In this document: in pieces, positions 13,171 to 26,225 of the stretch
How the letters are laid out: every line of letters starts with the position of its first letter
Position numbering within the stretch: the stretch's first letter is position 1
From: Octopus bimaculoides
Lineage: Eukaryota
Assembly (NCBI RefSeq): GCF_001194135.2
Contig: NC_068984.1
Span: forward strand, 30,094,693 to 30,158,692
Direction: 5' to 3'
Length of the DNA stretch: 64,000 nt
Made by a program: the position numbers and the translations under genes
The notes under the pieces: generated by a model
Told to the model about the DNA's origin: nothing
Database searches by the model: none
Seen by the model: the letters and a program-made list of their open reading frames with translations, nothing else

Positions 13171-13876
13171 AGCAGTTGTAAAATCTTGCTGTTATTACTA
13201 TGAGCACAAAGACTGCACGTATCCTATCTATCTTCCTCTTCAATCTTTACTCTTGTCAAAGAAAATATTTCCCCAGCGTTCGCTGTTTTACCTTCGTCTA
13301 GTCTAACGACCCTCCATGTTTGTTTTCGTTCGGTTTCCTTGTATGTCTCCACTGTCCTGTTTTTGTTACCAACTTTGACCTTCCATAAATCCCAAATATT
13401 ATTTTAGCTTTTGTAGGAGCAACTGTTTTCAAAAATTCCTATTGTCGTTCANNNNNNNNNNNNNNNNNNNNNNNNNNNNNNNNNNNNNNNNNNNNNNNNN
13501 NNNNNNNNNNNNNNNNNNNNNNNNNNNNNNNNNNNNNNNNNNNNNNNNNNNNNNNNNNNNNNNNNNNNNNNNNNNNNNNNNNNNNNATGTAATCGTGCAT
13601 ATTTATATGAATATGTATGTATGCATATATATATATATCTACGTATATCAAACAGCATCAGTGTCAAGCAATGATTAAGCAGAAGCGAACTTCGGGCTTC
13701 TTAAAATATGTTTGTGGTATATTTTAATTTCTAAAGGCAAATTCAATTAGAAAATTTCTCTCTTATGGCAAAAGGTGTAAAAGAACACCATATTTGCCCA
13801 CTACCTCCCTCTAGCGGATTCACAGCGTTTTGGCAGATTCAAAGCCGTAGCTTTAACTGAAAATTAGTCAACATCC

Positions 13877-13880
<4 letters not shown>

Positions 13881-13910
<30 letters not shown>
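13881..13910. repeat. (GA)n microsatellite
   Basis: Seen directly. Confidence 0.95.
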
Positions 13911-13912
<2 letters not shown>

Positions 13913-16182
13913 TTTGCGTTAGTCCCGCATAGTTCAGTTTTTTTTTATATTATCACTCAGAATATTTGAGTGCTTATGCAACTACATTGTATGAATTTGA
14001 TGCTATGCTTAGTTGCGTTTATGTTTCTTTGAAATATTATATAGTGTTAACATTGACAAACTACTGAACAGGGAAATAAAAATGATAAAATTAATTGATT
14101 AATTAAGAATATTTTGAAATCTAAATTAGAAAATTACTAAATAATTGTTTAAACCAATTTGCTTGTTGATAAATTATGATAAATATATGATGAGAAAGTA
14201 TGAATACAATGTCAAAGCAAATATTTCTGTTACGAAACCGTTGTGTGTATATGTGTAGGAATATATATCCACACGCGCATTTGTGCTTAGTATTTTCGCG
14301 AATGAAGCGCCCAAAATTATAAAGTGGAAAATGATATAGTTCATAGTGTCTGTTGGTTAAAAAATATCAAGTTTAACATATGATTTTTCATATTATAGCA
14401 AACATCATATTATAAAAATATCAGAAAGAGAAACCAAATTTATCGAACTTCGGTTCGAACTCCGAAAAGGGTAACATTAAAGGAATAACCTACCATTTTA
14501 TTTCAAAATATTTGTTTCGTTTCTCTATCAATTGACAATGTAATTTTCTAAACAGCGTGTCCTTTCCTACAAAGTTATTGTTATTTCGCCAGACACAGGG
14601 GAATTCTATATTAAGTGTTGTGTAAAAACCGTATTAAGGCTACAGAAGCGGGAATGCACATCATTAAATTGTTTCTATAACCTTATCACTTTCTTTTGAT
14701 CAGTCGCACGATTTAATATGTTCAGAAACTGAAAAAATGTCAAGGAAATTACTCTCTACTTGGCTGGTCTACTAAAAAAAAAAAAAAAGCAATCATAAAA
14801 AAATCGATGTAACGTGTAACACTGAATGTTGTAGTGAAATTACTAGTTATAAAATGTCAGTAATAGTTATATTCACGTTGACACTGCTCAGTTATGGGAA
14901 AAATATGATTTAAATCAGGCTTTTTTTTTTGGTACAAATATAAGAGTGTCAGGCGGTTCATATCGTATACACCAAAATACATAACTTACTAAGTGAAACA
15001 TCATGTTGGATACAAAAATGTGAAATATTGGCGCTTCGTATTGCGATTGGGATTAAACAGCTACAACATTAGTAAATATTAAATCAATTTCTTCCCAATA
15101 TCCTAAAAGAACAAATTGTGCCTTAAGCATGAATTCTGCGAGAACATACAAATTATTTTCACGAGAATCACTGGCATTTATCAGTTATTATTGGTGAAAT
15201 TATTTCTAACTCTTAATTTTATTCTTTTTTTTTTTTTTTTGCTTTAGAATCTACAATACGGGTTCTCAACTTTTGTTTTTCGTAGTTAAATGAAGTCCAA
15301 AATCTTAGTAGTGTACCCTATTTATTTTCCATCTATCTTCGTCAGATTCCTTGGAAAACCATTTCTATTGCAAATGTAAATAAAGTAGTGGTCACAACGA
15401 GAAAGAGGAATATATTTTTGCTTTTATGCCAACAAATCACTTGCATAAATTATAAAATAAATATTATTACATGTTAACTGTTGAGCTGTTGTAACTTTAA
15501 TGAATAATAAACACAAACAAGCGAAGAACATAAATGATATTATTTGATATTATTAGTGAAAAAACATGTTGCTGATATTTTGCCAAAATACAGCGTTCTG
15601 AGGTGGAACCCTTGGCAAAAACACTGGATGCTAGATTTTGCTTTGGTTTCATTTCTATTACACTGAAGGCTCGGGATCTCTGCTAATTGATTCAGAAATC
15701 TGAGAACAGGAGCAAAACTATGATTGCTTTCTTTGACAACCGCAGTTAAACATTTCTGATGGAGATCCAAGCACTATGGAGGTAGAATTATTACATCTTT
15801 ATCGTAAGATTGTGACTGTATTTTCAATGCATAATTTCATTTGCACTTGACTTTCGAAATTTTCTATTTCAACAATTTCTAAGATATAGAGTTCGTTTTC
15901 TGTCGTACAATGTACCGTGAAAAACTGAACAATGCCGATTCAAACAAATTGAAAAGTTTTCCAGTGATTTTTCACACATCCCAGTATAGCAGGTTTAGGA
16001 GTACATTTCTTACTTGTAAGACAAAGAAAAAGATGTTCATTATAGTTAGGTGCATCAGCAACTTTACCTCGCTTTCTATCAATTAAATAATCTAGCTTTG
16101 TTTAACATAGAGCCAGCAATACTCATTAAAGACTAAGTCGAAATAAGAGCACCACTTCGTTTTTTTAGTTGTAATATATTTA

Positions 16183-16374
16183 GGTAGCGACTTGGGGGAA
16201 TAGTTAGTACCCCAGGCAAAATGCTTTCGTCTGTCCCTACATTCTGAATTCAAATTCTGCCGAGGTTGCTTTTATCTTTCTTTCTTTCGGGGTCGATGAA
16301 ATAAGAACTGGAGTCGATGTAATCGAGTTGCCACCTCCCACAAAATTTCAGGCTTTGTGTCTATTGTTGAAAAC
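16183..16374 (+). mobile_element. SINE family A, decayed
   Basis: ccaggcaaaatgct...ctgaattcaaattctgccgaggttg...ctttcggggtcgatgaaataag...aaaatttcaggctttgtg. Confidence 0.85.
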
Positions 16375-16789
16375 AACCACCTTACATTAATATAGTAGAA
16401 CTGTATAAAGTTAAGGCATCTCCAGAGACTTTTTTGTCCTCTTGTTCCCAATTGAAAATCACAATTAAGAACAGATTTTAGTTAACCACTCACATTCTTA
16501 GTTACTGGAATTAGGAGTTGAATAAAACAATGAATTGTAGCTATATGTGGTGCATAATTCTTACAAATGTTATAAAACCCTTGAAAAAGCGTGTCATATT
16601 TGGAGAACCAACGCAAATTACAATGCAATTACCACAAGATATTTCATGGCATGTCATGTTACAAGTCGAAAGTTGTAAATATTTATTTGCTCTTGGTTTT
16701 TGAATTAAGTCACTTTAGAAGCAAAAATTTGTTAGAGACATTATCTTTCCGAACAAATCTATTAAATCCCATTAAGAAATATTAATTGT

Positions 16790-17190
16790 ACGTACTGTTT
16801 CATCAACTCTGAGGCATATAAAGATTTAGTCAATTTCTCATAAGTATCCACGTAATCGGACGGTTTATGTAGTGTGGCGTGTACTGTTCTGCAATCGCCC
16901 AGATTCAACGACTGCCAATATAGTGCACATTGTGTGACACGGTCAAATAAGCATATATTGATATTTATCCTTGTGAATTTAGCCTTCGATTGTGTAGCCG
17001 GCCTGCAACTCACTTTAAAAGCGTTCTTGTTGAATAGATTTTTGTTGTGTGTATTAATGAGAAAATATTTAACTAGCAGGCCTTTGAAATTTCTGGCGAT
17101 ATTTGGCTCAACACTTATAGAAAAGAAGGCTATGATTCAGAATAATCCTGCCGGGCTTATTCTTATTATTTGAGGTCAGGTAGTTGGATG
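16790..17190 (-). mobile_element. Penelope-like retroelement fragment (linker and start of GIY-YIG region)
   Basis: Minus-strand frames give RII..[frameshift]PSFSISVEPNIARNFKGLLVKYF...LFNKNAFKVS, the same linker as 4926-5240, then LNLGDCRTV. Confidence 0.6.
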
Positions 17191-17937
17191 AAAATAACTG
17201 TACAATTCGATGGGAACTAAAGGGTTATTGTAATAAGACTCTATTTTATCTAAGATTTCTTTGTAGCATGAAAGTTAAGCTATCCACCAACCACTTTTGC
17301 TGACTAAATTTTTTAGATAATATGGGATAATGATAGGGACTGCTTTTTATACATGGTAGTTTTCCTTTCGTTTATGATACAGCTTTGTACGTAAATCTAT
17401 GGCAACGTCAACGAGATTTACAATGCTGATGTTATATATAAAAGGAATAAGTTTCGTTATGCTGTAAGCCAGCTAATTTCATTGTATGTCGGGAGAAGTA
17501 AGAAAGTTTGTAGAGAATATACTTCAAAAGATGATGCGAACTTTCTCGGTACACATTAAAATTACGTTTACTATGAAACAAGGGACTACTTCCGCAAATA
17601 AAAGTCACATTTATTTCCTGTATATGAAGATATCAATTACTATGTATTGACTAATACCTAAAGAAGCGTTAATTATGAGTAAGCATATACTTTTCCTCTG
17701 CGTACGCCAGAGGGGATATTAGTGTTGTTCGATCCGCTATAGAAATCACAATGAGGTTGTCACTCAATTTCAAAACATAAACACAGTTCTTGACTGTGGT
17801 CATAGTAACAACGAAAGCACGTCGAAATATTAACGAACTTTAATGATTCATCTCTTTCTCACTGACTGCTTAGAAATGAGATACCTAAATGTAGAATGCG
17901 TCATACACATTTACACGATACACATACACATAATATT

Positions 17938-17965
17938 TTAATATAAGCCGCTTTCCTTCGCATTT
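17938..17965 (-). CDS. Candidate terminal coding exon E7 (K)NAKESGLY*
   Basis: Acceptor ttgtgtattaatatttcag|; phase-2 start matches the end of E6. Other phase-2 acceptors (about 18285 and 15700) are also open. Confidence 0.3.
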
Positions 17966-18794
17966 CTGAAATATTAATACACAATGCAGATTTCTGTCAC
18001 TCTGCTTGAAATCTTTACGAGTTGTTTTGGACGTTAATCTCTAGTTCATCTTCAGTGATTAAAATATTAAAATATTTTCCTTACAAACAATAATTTTGCT
18101 CTACAAAACTGTGAAACTTTTATTCTTTGATTTTGTTTAATCCTAAGCAAAACAAATTACTGAAACAAAAATCAGATATCCATTTGGAAATATTGCTTGC
18201 ATGACTGTGCAATGTTTTTCTGATATTTGAAGAAATTTTATTTTTATTTATTCCCTTTATTTCCGTTATTCTTTCAGCAAGAAGGCTGAAATTCATTTCG
18301 ATTATCACTGATATTTGAATTTGATATCATCTTTTTCATTAAGGACTTTTGTTTCGTTATCGTTCTGTACGTAATTAAACAGTTCAAGTATTTGTTCTCG
18401 AAAGTCTCAGTCTCGATGGCTCCTACAGTGGGAAGTAAATATTTGTCATCTTTCAGAAAGACAACCAGATAAGCTAGTCAAAAGACTGATAACATGAACA
18501 TGAAACTTAAAGAAAATGCATCATCATTATATTGTATATCAAACGGACCATCAAAATCAATAAAAATTTCCACTGCCAGAACACTTGAGTGGAACAAAAA
18601 TAAAATTAGAGAAGTGTGATGAAGAGATAACAGAGTCTCCCAAAATCGGAATCGAGTTTCAGGAAACAGACAAGTGATATTTTTTTTAGCAGAGTACAGA
18701 GAAAAGAACATCAATATTTTTCATATATATTCTTGCATGAATAAATATTTTGTCTACAACAGTGATTTCCTCCCATGAAACAGCTGTAACTTAC

Positions 18795-18867
18795 TTCCCT
18801 TCAAGCTCCTGTAATGTACGGGTCTTTCCATTTCCTCTCTGATATCTTTCAGTTTTCAGATCCCGCC
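18795..18867 (-). CDS. Candidate exon E6, cytoplasmic tail (R)RDLKTERYQRGNGKTRTLQELEG
   Basis: Acceptor catttttcttttaaaattatttctcag|, donor GAA|GTAAGT; 73 nt, purine-rich, only the phase 1->2 frame is open, matching the end of E5. Confidence 0.55.
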
Positions 18868-19082
18868 CTGAGAAATAATTTTAAAAGAAAAATGCTCTGT
18901 TTAATTACGGCATCGTAAATTCTTAGTTCAAATTCCACCGCGAATGGCATTCCTTTCATCTTCTCAATATCGATAAAGTGAGTATCTAGAATCTAAGTTT
19001 ATTTCAAAGTAAAGACGACTTTTTGCAATTTATAGCTCTGTTTTGGCTACGGGCTTTCTTGTAGATTTTACTTGATGATAAT

Positions 19083-19201
19083 GGAGGATTGGTAGAGCAT
19101 CAGACAAAATTATTACCGTATTATTTCCTGTCCTTTACATTCTGAGTTCAAATCCTACAGTCATTTTCTGTAATCCTTCTAGCGTCAATAAGTGTCAAGT
19201 A
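19083..19201 (+). mobile_element. Decayed SINE family A, 5' part, interrupted by a DD41D transposon
   Basis: tttacattctgagttcaaatcc...cgtcaataagtg..aagta; a SINE-like 3' end resumes at about 20581-20616 (ctaaaatttatgagcttatgccaattttagaaatc). Confidence 0.6.
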
Positions 19202-20568
19202 CAGGGTGGGACAGAGAGGATGGACATTTTTAAAAACTTCACAAAATCATTAATTTTAGCTGCAAACGAATTTTATTGGCATCAATGTATTTGTATTGCA
19301 TTAGCATTTATCAAAATTAAATGTTGAATACAACAACCATCATGTAGTGTCCGTTTTCACTGATGCATTTCTGAAGACGTTCTTGGAAGTTGGCCTCCAC
19401 ACTCTCCATCATTGTTCTGTCGATTTGGGTGACATTTATGCGAATAGCTTCCTTCAAATCGTCCAATGTACGGACCTTATGTGCATGCACATGTGCCTTG
19501 AGGTTTCCCTACAAGAAATAATCACAGACGGACAAAGTAGGGGACCGAGTGGGCCAAGAAATATCAGCAAACCTGGAAATGAGATGGTCACCGAAGAGAG
19601 GGTGAAGAACGTCCATTGATGATCTGGCTGTGTGGGCCATCACCCCATCCTGAAAACCACACAAGTCCAATAGGCATACGCTTTCGTCGTAATTCAGATA
19701 CAAACAAGTTGTTTATCATCTCGATGTAACGCTCGGAGTTAACAATTACATCATTTTCATTATTGCCTTCGAAAATGCAAGAACCAATAGACGGCAGCTT
19801 TTCCAGCAGCACACTTTTGGGTTGTGTAGTGGTTTTCTGTGCAGTTCTCTCAGATCTTCAAGATCCCAATAACAACAGTTGTGTTGATTCTCCATACCAC
19901 TGAGATGAAAATGAGCTTTATCACTCATTAACCTGTCATTCGCCTCAAAAATTGCTTCCCTCTGACGTGCAAAGTTAAGCCACTGTGCATAGTACCATGG
20001 TTTTAACTGTTACCCAATGGCCAATTTGTACGGGTGGAAATGCAAGTCATCATCCGAAATACGCCTTAACGATCGATTATCGAAGCTATGTTCAGTGAAA
20101 TGCCTCCAAGCAGAGCGACTTCGACTCCGTATCAAAGCTTGTTTGACGCGTTCCACATTTTCCGGGGTCCGTACCGTTCGCGGTGCCCCTACCAATGTCC
20201 TATCCATTAGCGTACCTCGCATACAAAGTGCATTCACCCAATATAAAATTGTGTTGCGGATGGGAATAGCCTGAGTNNNNNNNNNNCCCAATATAAAATT
20301 GTGTTGCGGATGGGAATAGCCTGAGTTTGGTGAATGTTGAAGTAGCGCCGAAACTCGTGCGGAACTGCTGTGACAGACTCGTTATTCTTCACCGAACAGT
20401 CGTAGGCACACACGCGATGTTCTATTGTCCACAGCACCATAGTTTCACCTGAAAAGAAGAAAAAATGCTGAGACACCAGACAGAATGGTATCTGTCGGAC
20501 ATATATCCCTCTCCCTGGGGCTGAGTAATAGCCATTTCAAAAACGTCCGTCCTCTCTGCCCCACCCTT
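19202..20568 (-). mobile_element. Tc1/mariner DD41D (rosa/Visitor-type) DNA transposon, full span, pseudogenised
   Basis: 34-bp imperfect TIRs (cagggtgggacagagaggatggacatttttaaaa / tttcaaaaacgtccgtcctctctgccccaccctt) with TA on both sides. Motifs SDKAHFHLSG, FQDG and WPTRSPTLSVCDYF, with 41 residues between the 2nd and 3rd Asp; frameshifts and stops. Confidence 0.93.
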
Positions 20569-21049
20569 TATTAAAGTCTTCTAAAATTTATGAGCTTATG
20601 CCAATTTTAGAAATCATCCTTTTTCATTTAATTATTGTAGTTGCTACCTTTATTACTTCTACACACAATATATACTCATATTAGGATATATTTATGCTTA
20701 TGAATATATAAGTATATATATGAATATTTGTGTATACATGGGTTATCTCTGTAAAATTTGAAAAGACTAGGGAATTGAGAAGTAGAAAATGAGGATTAAA
20801 TACACGAAAATGACCAAGAAAATTAAATGCACTAAAAGGGGAAGTAACAGCAAAGACTGTGAGAAAATATCAGCTTACAAAAAATACTGTGAAAGCAATT
20901 CGTCATGGAGTTCTCAAAATGCACAAGAATAGCAGCATGATGCAATGTTTTAAAGTATCGAATTAACGACAGTAATATGAATAAGAAATATAATGACATA
21001 TTTTAAAGTAAGGTAAACAAATATCAGTTATTTTTGTAAAATTTGATAA

Positions 21050-21290
21050 ACATTTGAGGTAACCATTACTTCAACGCTGTTCTTATTATTACCACTATTA
21101 TCAATAATATTGTTACTAATACTATTAACAATATTTTTATTATTATTACAAATAATATCACTAAAAACATTAACAACATAGTTACTACTGTTAATCAATA
21201 TTAACTGCACCATCATTATTAACAATATTACCTGTTTACTAATATCAATATTAATGTTATCAACACCTGTAGCAATATCATTACTTTGAA
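21050..21290. repeat. Cryptic AAT/ATT low-complexity tract
   Basis: Degenerate trinucleotide periodicity. Confidence 0.7.
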
Positions 21291-21398
21291 TAATTTCTTA
21301 TATAGACATTATGAATATGTGTGTGGGGTGGAGAGAGAGGGGGAGAGAAAGAAAAGAAAAAAAAGAAAGAACGAAAGAAAGAAGAAAAGAAAAAAATT

Positions 21399-21560
21399 AA
21401 GTCGAATCAACTCCGATATTTAAGCGATAATCTAGTTTATCGACTCTGGAGAATAAAAGCAAATTCTGATTCGGCAGGATTCAAACACAGAGAGTAAAAG
21501 AATGCCATTAGATACCGCATAGTATTCTGCTCCATATTCAAAGGATTCTGATAGTCTACT
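21399..21560 (-). mobile_element. SINE family A, decayed
   Basis: aagtcgaatcaactcc...tttatcgactctgga...aaaagcaaattctgattcggcaggattcaaacacaga. Confidence 0.7.
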
Positions 21561-23282
21561 GCTCTTCCACTTATAAGGACTTTGTTGGGAATGTCAGAAA
21601 TGTATGAATTTGAACCATTATTGTTTTGAATTGAACGTTCCATATTATTGCAATGGAAATCAAAAATTATACAAGAAAAAGCACATAGCTTAAATAATGG
21701 TCTATATTCAAAGCTATTATAATGCTATTATAAAAAGTAAGAATATATTCTTACTGCGAAAGCGCTAGCACTCGCTTTTCTAAATAGTACAATGTTTTAC
21801 GTAAGCCTTGACTCATTTCGCATTACGAAGAGTCTGTCCGTGCAGTAGAGTACTGTAGATTTCATACCTAGGTACTCGACCAGAAAAATTTTCGGCCACG
21901 AGCATTCGATTATATCAATCCCACCTTAATATGTTATTGGTTATATACTTCAGTTATACTGGAAAATGGAATGAGAGAATCGATCTCGGCAAAATCTAGA
22001 TTCAAAACGTAAGCGCTGTAAGTATATACCACAATATACATCATAATTCTGCCTATCTAGGCGCTGAATAATCATAGCTATAATCTACACATCACAAGGA
22101 ATGAGGAAAATATCCATGGAATACGCAGAATAATGTGACTCCAGTATATTGTTGTATCTAATATTTGCACACAGATATAGCAAATAAAATCTGACATCTC
22201 TGTAATTTGAGCTCATTATAACGAAAGAGATTTGTTCAAAAATATATTCTCCCGAAAATTTCTTTCATAAATATAACTTCGAACTATATAGAAGTGTACT
22301 TCATGGATGTATCTAAATGTCTAAGAGGAACATAAATTATAAATACAATTACCAAGAGATAAAAAAATCATTCAGATAATGGTCTCATTATACAAACCAT
22401 TTAATACCAATTGCGACGGCCCAGCATGAACACAACTGCTGCCTGAAACTGATAATAGAATATTAGCATAACAGAATCCCACGTTTCTAAAACATAAAAT
22501 CACTATGCATTTTACATGGGTAACGCTGATGTATTTGTTAGTACTAAGAAGAAAAGGGCTTGAAAATATCCAATATAGGTATGAACCCTAAATTCATAAA
22601 AATATTAAGTAGTTTCAGATGATGTGTGGCACAAAAGACAATTAAAACTTTGCTGTATTTGGTGGTCCTTTACAACTTCCTGAGTTCATATTCCACTGAG
22701 ACTGAATTCCTCATTCATTCTTCTGGATGTCGCAATAGTATAGTGAAATCTCTTTAAAATGCTTTATGTACTCTGTGTCATTTACTTATGTTCCATTCAA
22801 ATGATACTGAAGTAGAATTTTCTGTTTTATCTTTCAGGGATTGATAAGTACCAGTCAAGTATTGTTTATTGCCTATAAATATGTAGTTTTGTATTTGATA
22901 TATGTTTAATTTTGTTACATATATGTTTTGCCATTCTATATTTTAGTGTGAATTGTAGACATGATCGCTTTCACTTTTCATTCGTCCAAGATCGATCAAA
23001 AACGGCGCAATTACTGGAATTCTTTCACTCCATTAAATAGCTACACCTAAATTGTGTGGCAGCTTGCCATTGTAGGGAATCAACATTAGTGCAACTCGAT
23101 CATATTCATTCGGATACCTAAATATAGCCAAATCTACTGCTATGGTTTATTTCATAATTTCTGTCTGTATTCTAGTTCAGTGAATTCCACATATTAAACC
23201 TATTAAACACATTGATTCAATTTTACAAACTCAGTCTCTCTCTCTCTCTCTGTCTTTTTTCTCTCACTTTCTCTCTCACGCA

Positions 23283-23283
23283 T

Positions 23284-23320
<37 letters not shown>

Positions 23321-23341
23321 TATATATATATATATATATAC
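23283..23341. repeat. (CA)n-(TA)n compound microsatellite
   Basis: Seen directly. Confidence 0.95.
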
Positions 23342-24229
23342 ATACATATACACACAACTGGGGATTCATATGTGCGAGGAATTTATAGCTTCCGGCAGTT
23401 AGAAATGGTGGCCCAATCAAATTATTTTTACTATACATCCGTTATTCCACTTTTAGCATGTTTTCTTTACGGTTAACGAATGTATATCTCCGATATTTCT
23501 TAGTCGATTGAGCACTTAGTTGGTTGATCACCATAGAAAAACACGCAAGAGCACTGAGAAGTGTACAATCATGTATTCTCTGGAAATAATATTATCTTAA
23601 GCGATATTTATAGAAGAGCGTGAGTGTACTGAAAAGGATGACATGAATGATGCATATCCAATATCCTTATATATATGTTACGTTGTAAGTCAAATAGAAC
23701 ACTTCCTTATATTAAAGATGCGGAAAGATTCGAGGAGAACCCTATACGAGTTATGAAATATGTAAACGTTAAAAGTAAAGCCCGTGTGATTGCAGAATGA
23801 CTACAATAGTTACAAATCTTCGGACATTCTAAAAACTTCTATGTGAAGTAGACAGAGCCAAAATGTTATTCTAACTCAAAGTAATACACAAAAAATATAA
23901 TCAAGACTGTAAAAATTTATCCTAAAGCACTTAATATAGCTTATAATGATGTGAAGAACTATATTTTTGAAATTTGATGACTGCAAAGAACTCCTCAAAG
24001 TAAACTTCATTTTAAACTGAAATATTACAAGAGAAATTTTCTAGCATTCCTAAATGTACTCCAGTAGCTCACATGAAAAGAAATGCATGAAAAGTAAATA
24101 GCAAAATATTACATTCTGTTAATATAGACAAAACTATAAGTTTAATGTAGTGGAGGAGGTGCAGGAATGCTTACAGTAAGTAGTTTACTAAATGGAGGAT
24201 AAACATAGCAGCAGGCTCGTCAGTTTACC

Positions 24230-24560
24230 TATAGTGGAGATTTTTCAGGCGATTTCTAGGAATTTTCTTCAGCAAGACATTTGGCAAAATTTGGGAAAAT
24301 GGGAACCGCATTTACAAAGAGCGACGTTAGTGTGAATGTCATTTTAAATATTAACCGTGCTGGACATGACAAAAAGTATTCGGTGTACCTAAAAATGTTG
24401 ACAGCATAACATATCGGATTTTGTGGATATTTATATTTTAGATGAATTCAGACGTGTACTAGAAGTCTAAATAGGACTATATAAGGATGTCGGACTTTGT
24501 AAAGTACATGGTCAGATCTTGAACAGAATTAAAATGTGTATTAAGCCAAACGAACTCAAA
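24230..24560 (+). mobile_element. Possible highly decayed CR1/L2 RT relic
   Basis: IFFSKTFGKI resembles the RT motif IFLDFSKAFDKV; weak. Confidence 0.25.
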
Positions 24561-25288
24561 ATAAAATAGTAAATCCAAATCTATAGCGGTGAATTCTCCA
24601 CTCATGATTATGGTATGTCGTAATGTGTAGTAGTTCATATTTTGTGGAAGAGCAGCATATAAGAATGTGAGAATGGATTGGGACTGTAGAATTTAGTTCC
24701 ACATCGTGCAGTTATTCAAAAACATATGACACTTTTTATGCCCTCACATTATTTGTCCAGTGAATAATGCGCTACATTACTGTTAATTATGTGTTAATAT
24801 TTGAAAGTACAAATACACTACATAGGTACACGCTTCCTTCGTATATCTGTATATGTGTATGCGTTTCTTTATGTGTTTATATCTCATGTTGCAAAATAAA
24901 AACTATAAAATGAAAACGGTAGTCTGATTAGCTAAATGTCTTTTATTACATAGTTCCGTTTCTTTTTAATCTAAATTGAAATTTAGGATGTGTTCTGTCA
25001 TTAGAGATGATAAAATAAGCATCACATCTGTACTGAAGTTAAACCTCAACCACTCTAAACATATATTGCCTTACTTGTGGTGAGGTGAGACATGTTAATG
25101 ATTAATATACGTTCTGAAAAAATATTTACACCATCTATGTGTCTTCTGAAATAATTGCTTAGAGCATTACTTAAAAAACTCACAAAGTCACATGGTTATA
25201 TTTTGTACTTTTCTTCTATTCTGTTTTGTACTTTAGAGTATCATTCCGTCATTATACTTTTCCGACTAGAAAAATAGCCATTGGACAA

Positions 25289-25490
25289 TCAGTATTCACT
25301 GAAGTCGGATGGATTTCCAATGCATTTACCATTCCATGATCATGCGTAGGGCGAAAACAAACAGTACACAAAAATAACAGTTCAATCAACAATAACACGG
25401 ACGAGAAACGAACTCACTCGTAGCAGCAACTAAAAAACGCAAAGTCAAACGACAAATAATCTTCTAGAAAGAGGCAAAAAAGAGTGGCAG
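25289..25490 (+). promoter_or_regulatory. Candidate plus-strand non-coding first exon (Inr-like TCAGTA to consensus donor)
   Basis: TCAGTA at 25289, A/C-rich UTR-like body, CAG|GTAAGT at 25490/25491. Confidence 0.3.
25418..25463 (-). CDS. Candidate alternative minus-strand exon (Q)DYLSFDFAFFSCCY
   Basis: Acceptor ccactctttttgcctctttctag|, donor CGA|GTGAGT; 46 nt, open in phase 1->2 like E6. Confidence 0.2.
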
Positions 25491-26026
25491 GTAAGTATGT
25501 GTAGTATACATGTATACCTCCAATTCACACACATATATGTAACGAGACAGGAAAGATCTATTTTATTGCCGTGGCATAATTCAGTTGTGCTGTGGGAGAT
25601 TCCAGTCAATCAGAGCCTAAGGCGTATGAATAAAATGGCAGTGATCTGCCTTAGCAGCGAAGCGGCAATTTCAAACTAGCTGCGGATTTGACGGCATAGA
25701 AGCAGCATCGCTTTCTTTGAGATGTCAGATTTTCTGTGTCAACCACCGACTATATGCAACTCATTTGATTAATATCAGCTTCCACTCTGCTTCATATAAA
25801 CCTCAGTGTATATAGTAAGTCATGCGATTTTTCCTGTCTCGCATACACATATATTTACTTTCAATTCATATGCAAGATTAATCCTTGTTACCACTCGCTA
25901 ACACTCGTTACACTAATGAATATTTGTTTGTTTTATTAACTTGCTTTCTGAATATTCTTTATTCACGCCTCTTTAAGAAAATCACTGGAAAAGGATACTT
26001 TCTATGAGCTGTCTTTAAAAAAAAAC

Positions 26027-26027
26027 T

Positions 26028-26094
<67 letters not shown>

Positions 26095-26185
26095 NNNNNN
26101 NNNNNNNNNNNNNNNNNNNNNNNNNNNNNNNNNNNNNGTGTGTGTGTGTGTGTGTATGTGTGTCTTATATATGTTTATATATATG

Positions 26186-26225
<40 letters not shown>

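Noticed and set aside
14443-14458. 6-bp stem with a cUUCGg tetraloop (similar motif at about 13681)
   Set aside because: Too short; expected by chance; no ncRNA context.
20237-20326. Exact 40-bp direct repeat flanking a 10-N gap in the DD41D element
   Set aside because: Typical unmerged contig overlap; an assembly artefact.
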